A DNA stretch of 64,000 nt from Candidatus Poribacteria bacterium (GTDB taxonomy: Bacteria; Poribacteria; WGA-4E; PCPOR2b): contig OZ240245.1 of assembly GCA_965198175.1 (NCBI GenBank), positions 4,288,001-4,352,000 on the forward strand, in the 5' to 3' direction. Shown in pieces: positions 10,870 to 21,500 of this stretch (positions are counted from its first letter, which is position 1; every line of letters starts with the position of its first letter). The notes under the pieces were generated by a model, which was not told the DNA's origin, did not search any database, and was given only the letters and a program-made list of their open reading frames with translations. The position numbers and the translations under genes were made by a program.

Positions 10870-11892
10870 TCACTTTGCCTTGACCTCGGTCCAAGCCCGA
10901 TCGTAATTACGAGTGAAATCTCCAAGATCTCTTATCGATTCAAGCTTGTTTAACACATCTTCGGCGGGATAAATGCCCGGATGATTACGCAGCGTTTCAG
11001 GCAGGTAATTTCGCGCCGCCGGCACGCAGGTTCCATATTTCGTAAATTCCGTAACCTTCGCGTTAATCTCCGGACGAAGAAGATAGCTGATAAACTGGGC
11101 TGCAATCGCTTTGTGCGGCGCTGATGCTGGGATGCAGACCGTATCAATGAACTGTGTTGCGCCTTCTTTGGGAATCACATACTTGATGCTAGGGCGACGC
11201 GCGGCAGCCCGGAAGGCGTCGCCGCTCCAACAGTGCGCCATCACCACATCGCCAGAGCCCAGTATCTCATCCGCCTCGTTCTTATACTGTTTGACCAACG
11301 GTTTCTGCTCAATTAACTTCGCTTTCGCTGCCGTGAGCGCATTTAAATCGGTGCTGTTGACCGAATGTCCCAACAGTTTTAGCGCAGCACCGATCGATTC
11401 ACGCTGATCATCCAGCATGCTGAACTTACCACTGTACCGCTTATCCCACAGGGTAGACAGGCTATCGGGCGGCGGGTTTACAACGGACGAGTCGTAGCCG
11501 ATGCCCGCTGTACCCCACGTGTAAGGGATGGAATACCGATTTTCCGGATCGAAATCCCGACCCAGAAACCGGGCGCCGATGTTTTTAAAATTCGGGATGT
11601 TGGACATATCCAGAGCCGCTAACACGTTCTCTTTGATCATAATCGCGACCATATAGTCCGATGGCATAATAATATCGTAGCCGGACGCACCCGACTTTAA
11701 TTTAGCCAGCAAGTCCTCATTGCTCGCGAACACATCCACAACGACACGGACGCCGAATTCTTTCTCGAAACCAGCTCTAATCTCATCGCCGACGTAATTT
11801 GCCCAAGTGAAGACATGTAACCGTTTCTTATCGTCCCCACAACTGACGATAAGGACGGCGAGGACTATACCCAGCAGCATCTTTTTCAACAT
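10870..11892 (-). CDS. potD: spermidine/putrescine ABC transporter substrate-binding lipoprotein
   Basis: lipobox IVSC; TWANY, SNEDLLAKL, GYDIIMPSDY, PY.WGT.GI and IPKEG motifs; AAGGAG RBS. Confidence 0.88.
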   Translation of the reverse strand: MLKKMLLGIVLAVLIVSCGDDKKRLHVFTWANYVGDEIRAGFEKEFGVRVVVDVFASNEDLLAKLKSGASGYDIIMPSDYMVAIMIKENVLAALDMSNIPNFKNIGARFLGRDFDPENRYSIPYTWGTAGIGYDSSVVNPPPDSLSTLWDKRYSGKFSMLDDQRESIGAALKLLGHSVNSTDLNALTAAKAKLIEQKPLVKQYKNEADEILGSGDVVMAHCWSGDAFRAAARRPSIKYVIPKEGATQFIDTVCIPASAPHKAIAAQFISYLLRPEINAKVTEFTKYGTCVPAARNYLPETLRNHPGIYPAEDVLNKLESIRDLGDFTRNYDRAWTEVKAK

Positions 11893-11974
11893 CCGTAACT
11901 CCTTTGCCCGCACAGAAATATTCTGTGGTTCTTGTTATCCCATCCGAAAAATACCGTTGCCTTCCGCTACAATC

Positions 11975-12367
11975 TTATGATATACTCGTTACACACTCTT
12001 CAATATCTTCAATCGGCAACCCTGCAGATTTCCAACCTCGGAATCCTCCGGTCAACACACACGCATTCTCATATCCCATAATCTGTAGCGTATGTGCCGA
12101 CAGAGAGCCGCGAGTTTCGCCGCCGCAATATGTAACAACCTTCGTATCTTGGTCAAGAACAATCTCATCAATATCGAGTTCAATCGCAGCGCGTGGAAGT
12201 GAAATCGCGCCGGGAAGATGGCCCGCTAGGTACAGATCTTTATCGCGAACATCCAAAATAACAATCGGTTCATCGCTTTCGATAGCAGTCTTGAGTTCCT
12301 CATCGGAGACGCGCCCGATGTTCGCCTTAGCTTCCGCAACAAGTTGTTCCAACGTTTTTCCGCGCAT
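11975..12367 (-). CDS. rhodanese-like domain protein
   Basis: LDVR...Y.AGHLPGA, YCGG..R and LTGGFRGW motifs. Confidence 0.9.
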   Translation of the reverse strand: MRGKTLEQLVAEAKANIGRVSDEELKTAIESDEPIVILDVRDKDLYLAGHLPGAISLPRAAIELDIDEIVLDQDTKVVTYCGGETRGSLSAHTLQIMGYENACVLTGGFRGWKSAGLPIEDIEECVTSIS

Positions 12368-12491
12368 AAGTCTTATCTCCATAATGATGTTTGAGTGACG
12401 CAATTGCAGAATTTTAACACAGTTTTCCAACCCCGTCAAGTGGCGTTAAGCAGTTCAGAGCATGTGAAGGTTCAACGAGAGAGGTCGAATC

Positions 12492-12947
12492 GTGCAACTG
12501 CTTCAACAATCCGTCGGTTCGGTTATCGCTGAAGGGCGAATAGGCAGCCCGGTGTTCTTACGGTGTATAGTGCAGATGCCGCTCGCCGACACAAATATTG
12601 TGAGCGGGATGGCGGCGCTGGTCGCAGTTGCAAATACTTGGATGCCGTCCCCACCGGAACGAATCTACGCGCCCAAGCAAACAGATTCAACACAGATCAC
12701 GGCGATGGTTCAATATGCCGGCGGACAGACTGCGATGCTCAGCGTCAATCGTATCCAGGAGGTTCAAGAAGCTTCCGTGAACCTTTTACTAATTGGAAAT
12801 AAGGGCGTCATCTGCCATGAGTCGCCCGTTGAACGACATCGCCGGATGCAGTCGCCTATCGAACTCAGCGGTGGTGAGGAGCTGATGGATTTGATAGAGG
12901 CGGCGTTCAAAACCGGAACCCCCCTAGAATTCAACAAGCTCCTGTAG
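12492..12947 (+). CDS. hypothetical protein resembling a Gfo/Idh/MocA C-terminal domain
   Basis: I.EGRIG.PVFLR and LLLIGNKG segments; lies upstream of a Gfo/Idh/MocA gene. Confidence 0.6.
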   Translation: MQLLQQSVGSVIAEGRIGSPVFLRCIVQMPLADTNIVSGMAALVAVANTWMPSPPERIYAPKQTDSTQITAMVQYAGGQTAMLSVNRIQEVQEASVNLLLIGNKGVICHESPVERHRRMQSPIELSGGEELMDLIEAAFKTGTPLEFNKLL

Positions 12948-13562
12948 GTTGGGTAGAGTGGTCTCGGTAAGACATACCAAATTAGATGTATGAGTTGCGA
13001 CAGTGAATGCTGTCTAAAGCTCGTTAGGATGTAGCGAAACCCAACGCTTTTTTACCTTTCATTCTTACGGTGCCGAGCATTGTCTGTTTGGCGTGTGGAT
13101 GTGACTATTTGTTCCACAACACTTAGACTTGTTGCGTTTCGACGTTGGCTAAACTCAATCTACAAATGCTGAAGTCTCACCGAATCGCCAATACGAGTTC
13201 AGAACCGTAGGAGGGGCTTCCTAGCCCCGACAATCAGATCACATGCTCCCCCTTGCCAAGGGTGAGTTAACTCTTGTAGGTTGGGTGGAGCGATCAACCG
13301 AACGAATAGTGAGGGCGATAGTTTTATCCGAAACCCAACGCTTTTTTACCTCCCATTGTGAGGGCGGCGAACGTCCCGTGTACGGCGTTTCTAATCTCCG
13401 ATTTGTTCGACACTATTTAGAAGCTACAACGGCTCCGCTAAAGCAAATCCCTTAAAGCCAAATTACGTCCACATAGGTAACAATAGTCTTGCGCTCCAGC
13501 GGAGCGCAATGTTTATAGCAGGCGTGAAATTTCTAGCCTTCTGCTCCAGCGGAGCAGAATGT
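12944..13562. repeat. stack of REP/REPIN-like palindromic repeats (several families)
   Basis: GTAGGTTGGGT...GAAACCCAACG at 12945 and 13276; GTAGGAGGGGCTTCCTAGCCCC at 13208; CTCCCCCTTGCCAAGGGTGAG at ~13246; paired GCTCCAGCGGAGC hairpins at 13490-13559. Confidence 0.8.
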
Positions 13563-13612
13563 GGCTTTGGGCGAGCCAACCGCTCTAAACCAATCTGAAG
13601 GTCTATGAGAAA

Positions 13613-14746
13613 ATGCCGAACCAAGACAAATATGGCGTATTACTCCTCGGCGGACTACGGACACATCAAGAAAATTACGCACAAGGCTTTGCGGCAGATC
13701 CACGCTGCCGCCTAATCGCAGTTTCTGATGAAACTGACGCCCCGCCGGAACGCATCAATCTCAATCGGGGTCTCGCGGAAGAATTGGAGATCCCATACCT
13801 CCCGGTTCTAGACGAGGCGTTGGCGCGCGACGATGTCCACATCGTCAGCGTATGCGTCGAAACTGAACGGCGCGGACGGGTCGCCATCCGCTGCGCTGAG
13901 GCAGGAAAACACCTCTACTTGGATAAACCGTTGGCAAAAACAGTTGAAGACGCGCAGGCGATAGTCCGGGCAATCCAGAGTGCCGGCGTCCGGAGCCAGA
14001 TGTTTAGTAACGTCTACAGCCGCTGGGCGGGTGCCGTGCGGCGTGCACTTGAAGACGATGAAATCGGCGAGCTCCGCGCCATCCACTGTGACGTCCTATT
14101 CGGCAAAGGTCACGCGGGCACCGCAGCAGTCGGTCATAAACGAAGTGAAAAGCCAACCGTGGAGCGTTACACCTTCGTCGAGGCGAAGCGCGAGATGTTC
14201 GATATCGGCGTCTATGCGGTGACAATGGTGAATTGGCTCAGTCGAAAACCGGTCAAAACCGTTTTCGGAACCACCGCCAACTACTTCTTCAAGGAACATC
14301 TATCCTGCAGAATCGAGGATCTCGGTGCGCTGGTGCTAACGCTCGACGGCGGCGTCACAGCCACAATCTCAGGCGGTAGAATCGGCTGGATGAGCCGCGG
14401 CGTGCAGTGCCTGCATCTGGTCGGGACTCGCGGCGTGCTAACATTCGACGCTTGGCAGCCGCGGCTCGAAATTTTTGCGGATGAGCCGCCCTTCCAACCG
14501 CCGCCGCCCCCTCCCTTGGATCCCATGAGCATGTGGCGCAGCACTCAGGTTAAATCCCAACCCAAACGCCCGTGGGTCCCCATCGCTGGAGAGGGCACCC
14601 AGCATTACGATATGCGTGCGTTCGTCGATTGTATCGAAGCCGGGATAGAAAGCGAGATGAACGCGGAGTTGGCAGCGCAGTCCATCGCCGTCATTGCCGC
14701 GGGCTATCGTTCCGCAGCCAGTGGGCAGGTCGTTTCAATTTCCTGA
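13613..14746 (+). CDS. Gfo/Idh/MocA family oxidoreductase
   Basis: AGKHLYLDKPLA motif, N-terminal Rossmann-like segment, GEL.AI. Confidence 0.9.
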   Translation: MPNQDKYGVLLLGGLRTHQENYAQGFAADPRCRLIAVSDETDAPPERINLNRGLAEELEIPYLPVLDEALARDDVHIVSVCVETERRGRVAIRCAEAGKHLYLDKPLAKTVEDAQAIVRAIQSAGVRSQMFSNVYSRWAGAVRRALEDDEIGELRAIHCDVLFGKGHAGTAAVGHKRSEKPTVERYTFVEAKREMFDIGVYAVTMVNWLSRKPVKTVFGTTANYFFKEHLSCRIEDLGALVLTLDGGVTATISGGRIGWMSRGVQCLHLVGTRGVLTFDAWQPRLEIFADEPPFQPPPPPPLDPMSMWRSTQVKSQPKRPWVPIAGEGTQHYDMRAFVDCIEAGIESEMNAELAAQSIAVIAAGYRSAASGQVVSIS

Positions 14747-14832
14747 AATTTGATCGCCGAAATCCAGTAGGCGGATACCCCCATCCATATCGACAGCACA
14801 AACAAAGTTAACTATGAAATCGCATTTCGACG

Positions 14833-14861
14833 TTGACATTAGCAGATGGCAATGATATATT
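14833..14861 (+). promoter_or_regulatory. sigma-70-type promoter of the methyltransferase-rsbW-rsbV-DUF58(-ssp) unit
   Basis: TTGACA-N17-TATATT with a TG extended -10. Confidence 0.6.
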
Positions 14862-15004
14862 TATCGCAAGACGCAATGCGGTATCATTCGGTGCGACTGC
14901 CTGCGACGACAACGAGGGTCGCTGTGCAAAAGGTCAGTCGCGTCAAAAGCGTGCGCCAAATTAGGCTAAGCGCCGTGATAACAAGCCATGAGAGGTGAAC
15001 ATCC

Positions 15005-15706
15005 ATGGAAGACGATAGTTCAATTCGCTCATGGGATAGAATTGCCGACGACTGGGCGCGGCATGTTGACACGAACGACTATTACAATGTGTTTCTGACG
15101 CCTGCTACGCTTGAGCGGCTTGGTGACGTGTCTGGCAAGAGGATTCTCGATCTGGGGTGTGGCGAGGGTGGTTATTGTCGTGTACTCAAGAAACGGGGAG
15201 CAGATGTCACTGGGATTGACGGCAGTGAAAAGTTAATCAACATTGCAAAGGCGCACTCAGACAGTTCAATTAAGTTTTTTGTGCGGAATGCCAATGATCT
15301 TGACGGAATCAAAGAAAACTCGTTTGAAATCGTCGTCGCTGCGATGAGTCTGATGAATGTAGAAGACTACGAAGGAAGTGTTTCTGAAGTGCGGCGCGTC
15401 CTCAATGAGGACGGTTATCTGCTGATGAGCATTCTTCACCCCTGTTTTTCAGATCACTTTACAAATCGCCAAGCCTACTTCGATCGACACGTCTGGCACG
15501 AACACATTACTCCCGATTTTAGTCATCCCGTACTGCAAACGCACAAACCGCTTTCGGACTTCATTAACCCGCTTGTTGACCTGGGGTTTCGATTGAAACG
15601 CTTTTATGAACCCGTTCCGACAGATGAGCAGATACAAGCCGCTCCCCGATTAAAAAAACTTTGTCAGATTCCGTTGTTTCTTTTCATGGAATGGAAGAAT
15701 CAGTAG
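15005..15706 (+). CDS. class I SAM-dependent methyltransferase
   Basis: ILDLGCGEG motif I; SILHPCF. Confidence 0.9.
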   Translation: MEDDSSIRSWDRIADDWARHVDTNDYYNVFLTPATLERLGDVSGKRILDLGCGEGGYCRVLKKRGADVTGIDGSEKLINIAKAHSDSSIKFFVRNANDLDGIKENSFEIVVAAMSLMNVEDYEGSVSEVRRVLNEDGYLLMSILHPCFSDHFTNRQAYFDRHVWHEHITPDFSHPVLQTHKPLSDFINPLVDLGFRLKRFYEPVPTDEQIQAAPRLKKLCQIPLFLFMEWKNQ

Positions 15707-15738
15707 GATTTTATGTCTTGTGGGAGGAGGATCAGAAG

Positions 15739-16188
15739 GTGCCAGATCAAGTCAATCGCGAAGTCGTTCTCATTATTCCGATGTTCCCAAATGTCGAGCT
15801 CGCGGCAGCACAAACCGCCTATAGCCTTGCCGAGATGATGGACTTTGACGAAAACGATATTGATGAGATTCAACTGGCGATTATCGAAACTTGCATCAAC
15901 GCCTTCGAGCACAGCAAAAGTGAGGACAAACGGGTCTCTATCAGATTTATCATGAGAGACAATGAGTTAGAGCTGAGAATTACGGATTCCGGCGTCGGCT
16001 TCCGGCTCGACCAAGCCAAGCCCGCAAGTAGCGGAGAGGTCGGCATAAAGAAACGCGGTTGGGGATTGGAGATTATCCGGAACATGATGGACGAAGTCAG
16101 TATCGAAAGCAGCGACAAGGGGACAACCATAACAATGATAAAGCGGAAAGTGTCTCCAATACGGAGTGAGGTGTTCTCCAACGCTTGA
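15739..16188 (+). CDS. rsbW: anti-sigma regulatory factor, Ser/Thr kinase (RsbW-like HATPase_c)
   Basis: LAIIETCINAFEH, D.G.GF, RGWGL.IIR.MMDEV and GTTITM motifs; GGAGGAGG RBS before GTG. Confidence 0.88.
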   Translation: MPDQVNREVVLIIPMFPNVELAAAQTAYSLAEMMDFDENDIDEIQLAIIETCINAFEHSKSEDKRVSIRFIMRDNELELRITDSGVGFRLDQAKPASSGEVGIKKRGWGLEIIRNMMDEVSIESSDKGTTITMIKRKVSPIRSEVFSNA

Positions 16189-16223
16189 AGAACGCCAGTG
16201 GAAGCACCATTGAGGTGAGGGTA

Positions 16224-16562
16224 ATGCGATTTAATCTTGTCACGCGAACTAAAGAGACCTACGCGGTAATCCAAACCGAGGGGTACTTGAACGGTCCCTC
16301 CGGTGAGAAACTTGCAGATACGGCGAAAGAACTCATCGCTGAAGGCTATACCAAACTTGTTATTGATCTTGAACAGACGCGGCTCATTAACAGCATCGGG
16401 ATTTCAATCATAATTGAAATTATTGAACTGATACACCAACAAGAGGGCGTCATACACTTCTGTAACTTGACGCCGGTGATTCAGCGGACGTTCAAAATCA
16501 TGGGGCTGGCTCAACACGCCGGAATCTTTCCAAATGAGGGCGCCGCAGTCGCCAATTTGTGA
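16224..16562 (+). CDS. rsbV: STAS-domain anti-anti-sigma factor (RsbV-like)
   Basis: IDLEQTRLINSIGI, F.IMGL; directly follows rsbW. Confidence 0.85.
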   Translation: MRFNLVTRTKETYAVIQTEGYLNGPSGEKLADTAKELIAEGYTKLVIDLEQTRLINSIGISIIIEIIELIHQQEGVIHFCNLTPVIQRTFKIMGLAQHAGIFPNEGAAVANL

Positions 16563-16614
16563 CACGACGTTCAATCCGTCCATCCGTCTAGTACACGCGA
16601 CGAGGACAAATCTG

Positions 16615-17547
16615 ATGCAGTTTCAGCACCCCGAAATCCCGCGCAGCGACGGTCAAGAAGGACGCCGTTTCTTGAGCCCCGCCGTGCTCGCACGCATCGG
16701 AAACCTAGAACTCATCGCCAAATCGGTTGTTGAAGGATTTATCTCAGGGCGGCACAAAAGCCCGTATCACGGGTTCAGCGTCGAGTTCGCCCAATATCGG
16801 GGATACATCCCCGGCGACGATATCAAACATCTCGACTGGAAGGTCTACGGACGCACCGACCGCTACTACATCAAGCAGTTCGCGGAGGAGACCAACCTCA
16901 ACTGTTACCTCCTCCTCGACACCAGCGAGTCCATGACCTACGGCTCCGGCGACCTCACGAAGCTGCAATACGCCAGCTACCTCATCGCTTCCATCGCGTA
17001 CTTCATGGTAAAGCAACGCGACGCCGTCGGATTCGCATACTTTGACGAAAAACTACACGAATTCATACCCGCTCGAAGTTCACCCGCCCGGCTCCACGAA
17101 ATCTTGGTGACGCTTGAACGCCTCAAAACCCATAAACTCACGCGCATCGGAGATTCCATCCACCGAATCGCCGATCGCTTGACCAAACGCGGGCTGGTCA
17201 TCCTCCTCTCCGACCTCTACGTCGACGACCCCGACGCGGTCGTGAGTGCCCTCCAACACTTCCGTTACGACGGACACGAGGTGATTGTGTTCCATATCCT
17301 AGACCATCAGGAGTTGGAGTTTGAGTTTGACCGCGTGACCCGGTTCGTCGATGCCGAGTCGGACGAGGAGCTTATCACAACCCCGCAGGCGATTCGTGAA
17401 AGCTACCGCCGCCGCCTGCACGAGTTCATCGGTCACTACAAGTCTGAATTGAACAGTTCTGACATTGACTACACCACAATCAACACCGCCACCCCCGTGG
17501 ATTACGCGCTGTCCGCATACCTCGCCAAACGGGAGGGGATGATGTGA
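16615..17547 (+). CDS. DUF58 (vWA-associated) protein
   Basis: G.H.S...G.SVEFAQYR.Y.PGDDIK.LDWK..GR and LLLDTSESM motifs. Confidence 0.93.
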   Translation: MQFQHPEIPRSDGQEGRRFLSPAVLARIGNLELIAKSVVEGFISGRHKSPYHGFSVEFAQYRGYIPGDDIKHLDWKVYGRTDRYYIKQFAEETNLNCYLLLDTSESMTYGSGDLTKLQYASYLIASIAYFMVKQRDAVGFAYFDEKLHEFIPARSSPARLHEILVTLERLKTHKLTRIGDSIHRIADRLTKRGLVILLSDLYVDDPDAVVSALQHFRYDGHEVIVFHILDHQELEFEFDRVTRFVDAESDEELITTPQAIRESYRRRLHEFIGHYKSELNSSDIDYTTINTATPVDYALSAYLAKREGMM

Positions 17548-18485
17548 TGCAGAATTCAACAACAGCCCCCGACAAAATCAAACCCTCCTTCTCAGGTCAC
17601 GAAACCTTCCCGTTCCGCTATACCTGGCTGAAAAAAGGCGTTGACGCGGTGCGGGAAGATCCCGCCATCTTCACCAGCGACCGCGCCACAATCACGCTCG
17701 GCGTCGGCAAGAACATGGTGCGTTCCATCCGCCACTGGTGCACCGCAGCAGGACTCATTCGTGTACTGGCTGATCGCACGCAATTTGAGCCGACCGACCT
17801 TGGCAAAGCTTTTTTTGCCGATGATGGATTTGACCCATACCTTGAGGACACCGCCACGCTGTGGTTCATCCACGCGCAGCTTGCGGCGAACGCCAACCGA
17901 GCAACCACGTGGTACTGGGCGTTTAATGTCTTCGCTCAGAATGAGTTCAGAAAGCAGAGATTCACCTCCGGTTTGATTGATTGGGCTGAAAAAAAAGGGA
18001 AGCGCCGAAGTTCAGATAATTCGATCAAACGCGATGTCGATTGCTTTCTCCGGACGTATGTCCCCTCTCGACTAACAAAGACCACGATTCTGGAGGAGAC
18101 CTTCAACTGTCCGCTAGTCGAATTGGACCTCATCTCCGATTCTTCCGACGAAACCACATATCAATTTTATCGTGGACCAAAAGATTCGCTGCCAACCGAG
18201 GTTTTCGTCGCTGCACTGTCCCAATTCTGGGAGTCCCAGTTTGCCGATAGAAACTCGCTTGCTTTGGGTGAAATCGCCTATTCACCAAAAAGTCCTGGGA
18301 AGATTTTTAAGCTAGACATTGATTCCATCGTCCAATATCTTGAAGACGTCGAAACCCTCACCGATGGCGCCCTGCGCTACGACGAAACCGCAGGACTAAA
18401 ACAGGTTTACCGAGACCGGAGAATTGACCCGATGGAACTGCTGCATCGCTATTACAAACAATGCCCCGCGAGAAAGAAACATTGA
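17547..18485 (+). CDS. sspB: DUF4007 protein, SspB-like (DNA phosphorothioation)
   Basis: FSGHETF..R..WLKKG, LGVGKNMVRSIRHW and DPYLED..TLW..H motifs; start overlaps the DUF58 stop (TGATG). Confidence 0.88.
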   Translation: MQNSTTAPDKIKPSFSGHETFPFRYTWLKKGVDAVREDPAIFTSDRATITLGVGKNMVRSIRHWCTAAGLIRVLADRTQFEPTDLGKAFFADDGFDPYLEDTATLWFIHAQLAANANRATTWYWAFNVFAQNEFRKQRFTSGLIDWAEKKGKRRSSDNSIKRDVDCFLRTYVPSRLTKTTILEETFNCPLVELDLISDSSDETTYQFYRGPKDSLPTEVFVAALSQFWESQFADRNSLALGEIAYSPKSPGKIFKLDIDSIVQYLEDVETLTDGALRYDETAGLKQVYRDRRIDPMELLHRYYKQCPARKKH

Positions 18486-18491
18486 ATGTTT

Positions 18492-18522
18492 ACTAGCCAC
18501 TAGTCACTCATCACTAATCACT
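18492..18522. repeat. degenerate heptamer tandem repeat (ACTAGCC ACTAGTC ACTCATC ACTAATC ACT)
   Basis: about 4.4 copies of a 7-bp unit filling the sspB-sspC gap. Confidence 0.65.
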
Positions 18523-21500
18523 ATGAACAAACCGCTTTCCGAACTCTTTCAAGTCACCGGGCGTTTTCGCCGATCGGTTCATCTTGAACGCGATTTCTAT
18601 GCCGAAAATTCGTTGGATGGGTATGTCTTAACCGTCGCCGCACGTGAAATGCTGCAGCGCCTGACTTCCGCACTTGAGAACGGTGCTGAGACCAAAGCCT
18701 GGTCAATTACAGGACCCTACGGCTCAGGAAAATCTGCATTCGCGCTTTTTGCCGCGAAACTGCTCGGCGCCCCTAAAGCACCGACGACCCAAAATGCCCT
18801 GAATCTGCTAGAACGCGGGGATGTGTTTTTGTGGGATCGATTTGTCGGTGTGCGTGCCAACCGGCAGAAGGAAAGAGGATTCTGTCCCATTCTCATCTCC
18901 GGTGAGCGCGCGCCAATTACAACCGCTTTGCTGCGTGGATTGGCAAGCGGTCTCGCCGCATTCGGCGGATGTTCAGCGTTCCTTTCACTAATTTCAGAGG
19001 TCGAAAAACGGTTGGACGCCGCAGTCAGCGGAGCGCCGCCCGCCGCGTCCGAAATCACAGATCTTTTTGAATCGGCAACACGACAGATTGGCGAGGCAGG
19101 CGGCGCTGGGCTGGTACTAGTCGTGGATGAGCTTGGGAAATTCCTCGAATATGCGGCACAACACCCGTCACGAGGTGACGTGTTCGTCCTACAGAGCCTC
19201 GCGGAGTTTGCGACAAGAAGCGAAGATACACCCTTATTCCTGCTAACCATTCTCCATCAAGCCTTTGAGGGGTACGCACAGCGGTTAGGAAAATCCCAAC
19301 GCGAGGAGTGGGCGAAAGTACAAGGGCGTTTCGAGGATGTCGCCTTCTTAGAACCGACTGAGCAGGTGCTCCGCTTGATTGGGGATGCGATTGAGAGAGA
19401 TGTCAATGCGTTGCCGGTTCTAGATCGTAGCTTTCTCTCCGATTCGGTTGACTTAGGACTCAATCCGCGCCAACTTAGCACGTACGAATTTCTGAAACTC
19501 CTTGAAAACTGTTTGCCCCTTCACCCGACAGTTGCTCTAGTTGCGGGATCGCTATTCCGCCGATTTGCGCAAAACGAACGCTCCCTGTTCGCCCTGCTCA
19601 ACTCCGGTGAACCCCACGGACTCCAAGATTTTCTTGTCAACCATTTTTACGATGGAAATCGTTTGCCGCTGTTTTCGCTCCCCGATTTGTACGACTATAT
19701 CAACACCGCTCTAGGGAATCGACTGTATGGCTCTAGCGACGGCAAAAAGTGGGCTGGGATTGAGACCGCAATCTCGCGATTGCCGAACCCATCGCCGATG
19801 ACCGTCAAACTAATCAAAACCATCGGATTGCTCGGCGGCGTCGGGGAGGTGAGCGTAAATCTGAAAAGTTCAAAATGTTTACTGCGGTATGCACTTGACG
19901 ATGGGACGGAAGTTTTCTCTCAAGAATTTGAGAATGCCCTTTCACAATTGGCAAAGCGATCGATTGCGATCTACCGCCGGTACAACGACGCCTACGCCCT
20001 TTGGGAAGGAAGCGACATCGACATTGAATCACGCCTCGCCGACGCAACTGCCCAGCTTGATTCAAATCAACCATTGGCATCCATCATTTCGGCGCTGCTG
20101 CCGCCCCAACCCCTCATTGCCCGGCGGCATCTCCATTTGACCGGCACGTTACGATATGTTACGATCCGATACACTGATGCTGTAAGATTTGAAACCGATC
20201 TCGAAACACCATTGGGTGACGCAGACGGTTTAATTCTCTACGCCCTGCCCGGCAGTGAATTTGAAGTCGAGACGCTTGTGAAAAAAGCGACCGAAGTATC
20301 CGTCGCCAATCGAAAAGATGTTATTGTCGCGATTCCTCGTTCTATCGGTCTTTTGCAGGATGCTGTCGTTGAATTGGGGCGTTTGCGGTGGGTTGAAGAC
20401 AATACACCCGAACTTGAGGGTGATAGGACGGCGCGACTCGAACTCACGGCGCGATCAGCAGAGGCAGAACGAACCGTATCTAACCAATTGACAGCCCTCT
20501 TTGGAGAGAACACCGCCGCGACGGAGGGTGGAGGATGTACCTGGTATCATACCGGAAATTCAATACAGATTACATCAAGGAGAGAGTTGAACGAATACCT
20601 TTCCATAATTTGCGATAGTGTGTACCACAAGACGCCAATCATCCGCAACGAACTCATCAATCAACGCCAATTGTCTTCCTCAGCCGCAAGTGCCCGAAAA
20701 AGACTCATCGCCGCAATGCTTGTGCACGGAGACGAGGAGGCACTAGGTATCAGTGGTTACCCGCCCGAGTTGAGCATCTATCTCTCGCTATTATGGGATA
20801 CCGGGATACACAACTGCGATTCAGGGGAATGGGGATTCCATCCGCCTGAAGCCGATGACAAAAACAGAATGTCCTTCGCATGGTCCACCATTGAGGCGTT
20901 TCTTGCCGAATGTGAGGCGAAACGCCAGCCGATCTCGAAGCTATACGACCGTTTGGAAAAACCTCCAATCGGTCTGAGGCGTGGTCCCCTACCCATCCTA
21001 CTCTGTGCTGCCTTGCTGCATTACGAAGCGGAAATCGCACTGTACGAAGATGGTTCCTTTGTCACGGATATCTCAACAGCAGTTTTTGAGCGGCTAATCA
21101 AGTCGCCGGAGAAATTTGAACTCAAGCGTTTCCGGATGAGCGGCGTCCGATCAGAGGTGTTTTCTCAATTCTTGACGCTGTTATCGAAACCGTCCCCCGT
21201 GACGGGGCATCCAACCTTGCTCGCAGTCGTCAAACCGCTCGTGCGTTTCGTTTCCAAACTGCCGCGCTACACAATGCTCACTCAGGAACTAAGTCACGAA
21301 GCAATCGAATTACGGAAAACCATTGGCAATGCACGGGAACCGGACACACTCCTTTTTGTCCAGTTGCCTCAAGCACTCGGTTTTGATGCTTTCGGTCCCT
21401 TGGAAGAAATGGATTCAAGTGCCGTGGGAAGGTTTTTCAACTCACTGCGAAGGACATTGTCGGAGTTAAATCGGGCTTATGACGACCTCTTGGCTTCCCT

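Noticed and set aside
11975..12367. Rhodanese as sulfur donor for the PT system
   Set aside because: 5 kb away, on the opposite strand, among housekeeping genes; no supporting link
13243..13455. Short ORFs over repeats (also 26681-26924, 22931-23181, 36018-36578)
   Set aside because: They translate REP-derived sequence and have no protein motifs
14890..14955. ZTP or SAM riboswitch assignment
   Set aside because: GCGACTG resembles the ZTP motif, but the following GCG and the 3' CGCCTGGGC element are absent; no SAM consensus
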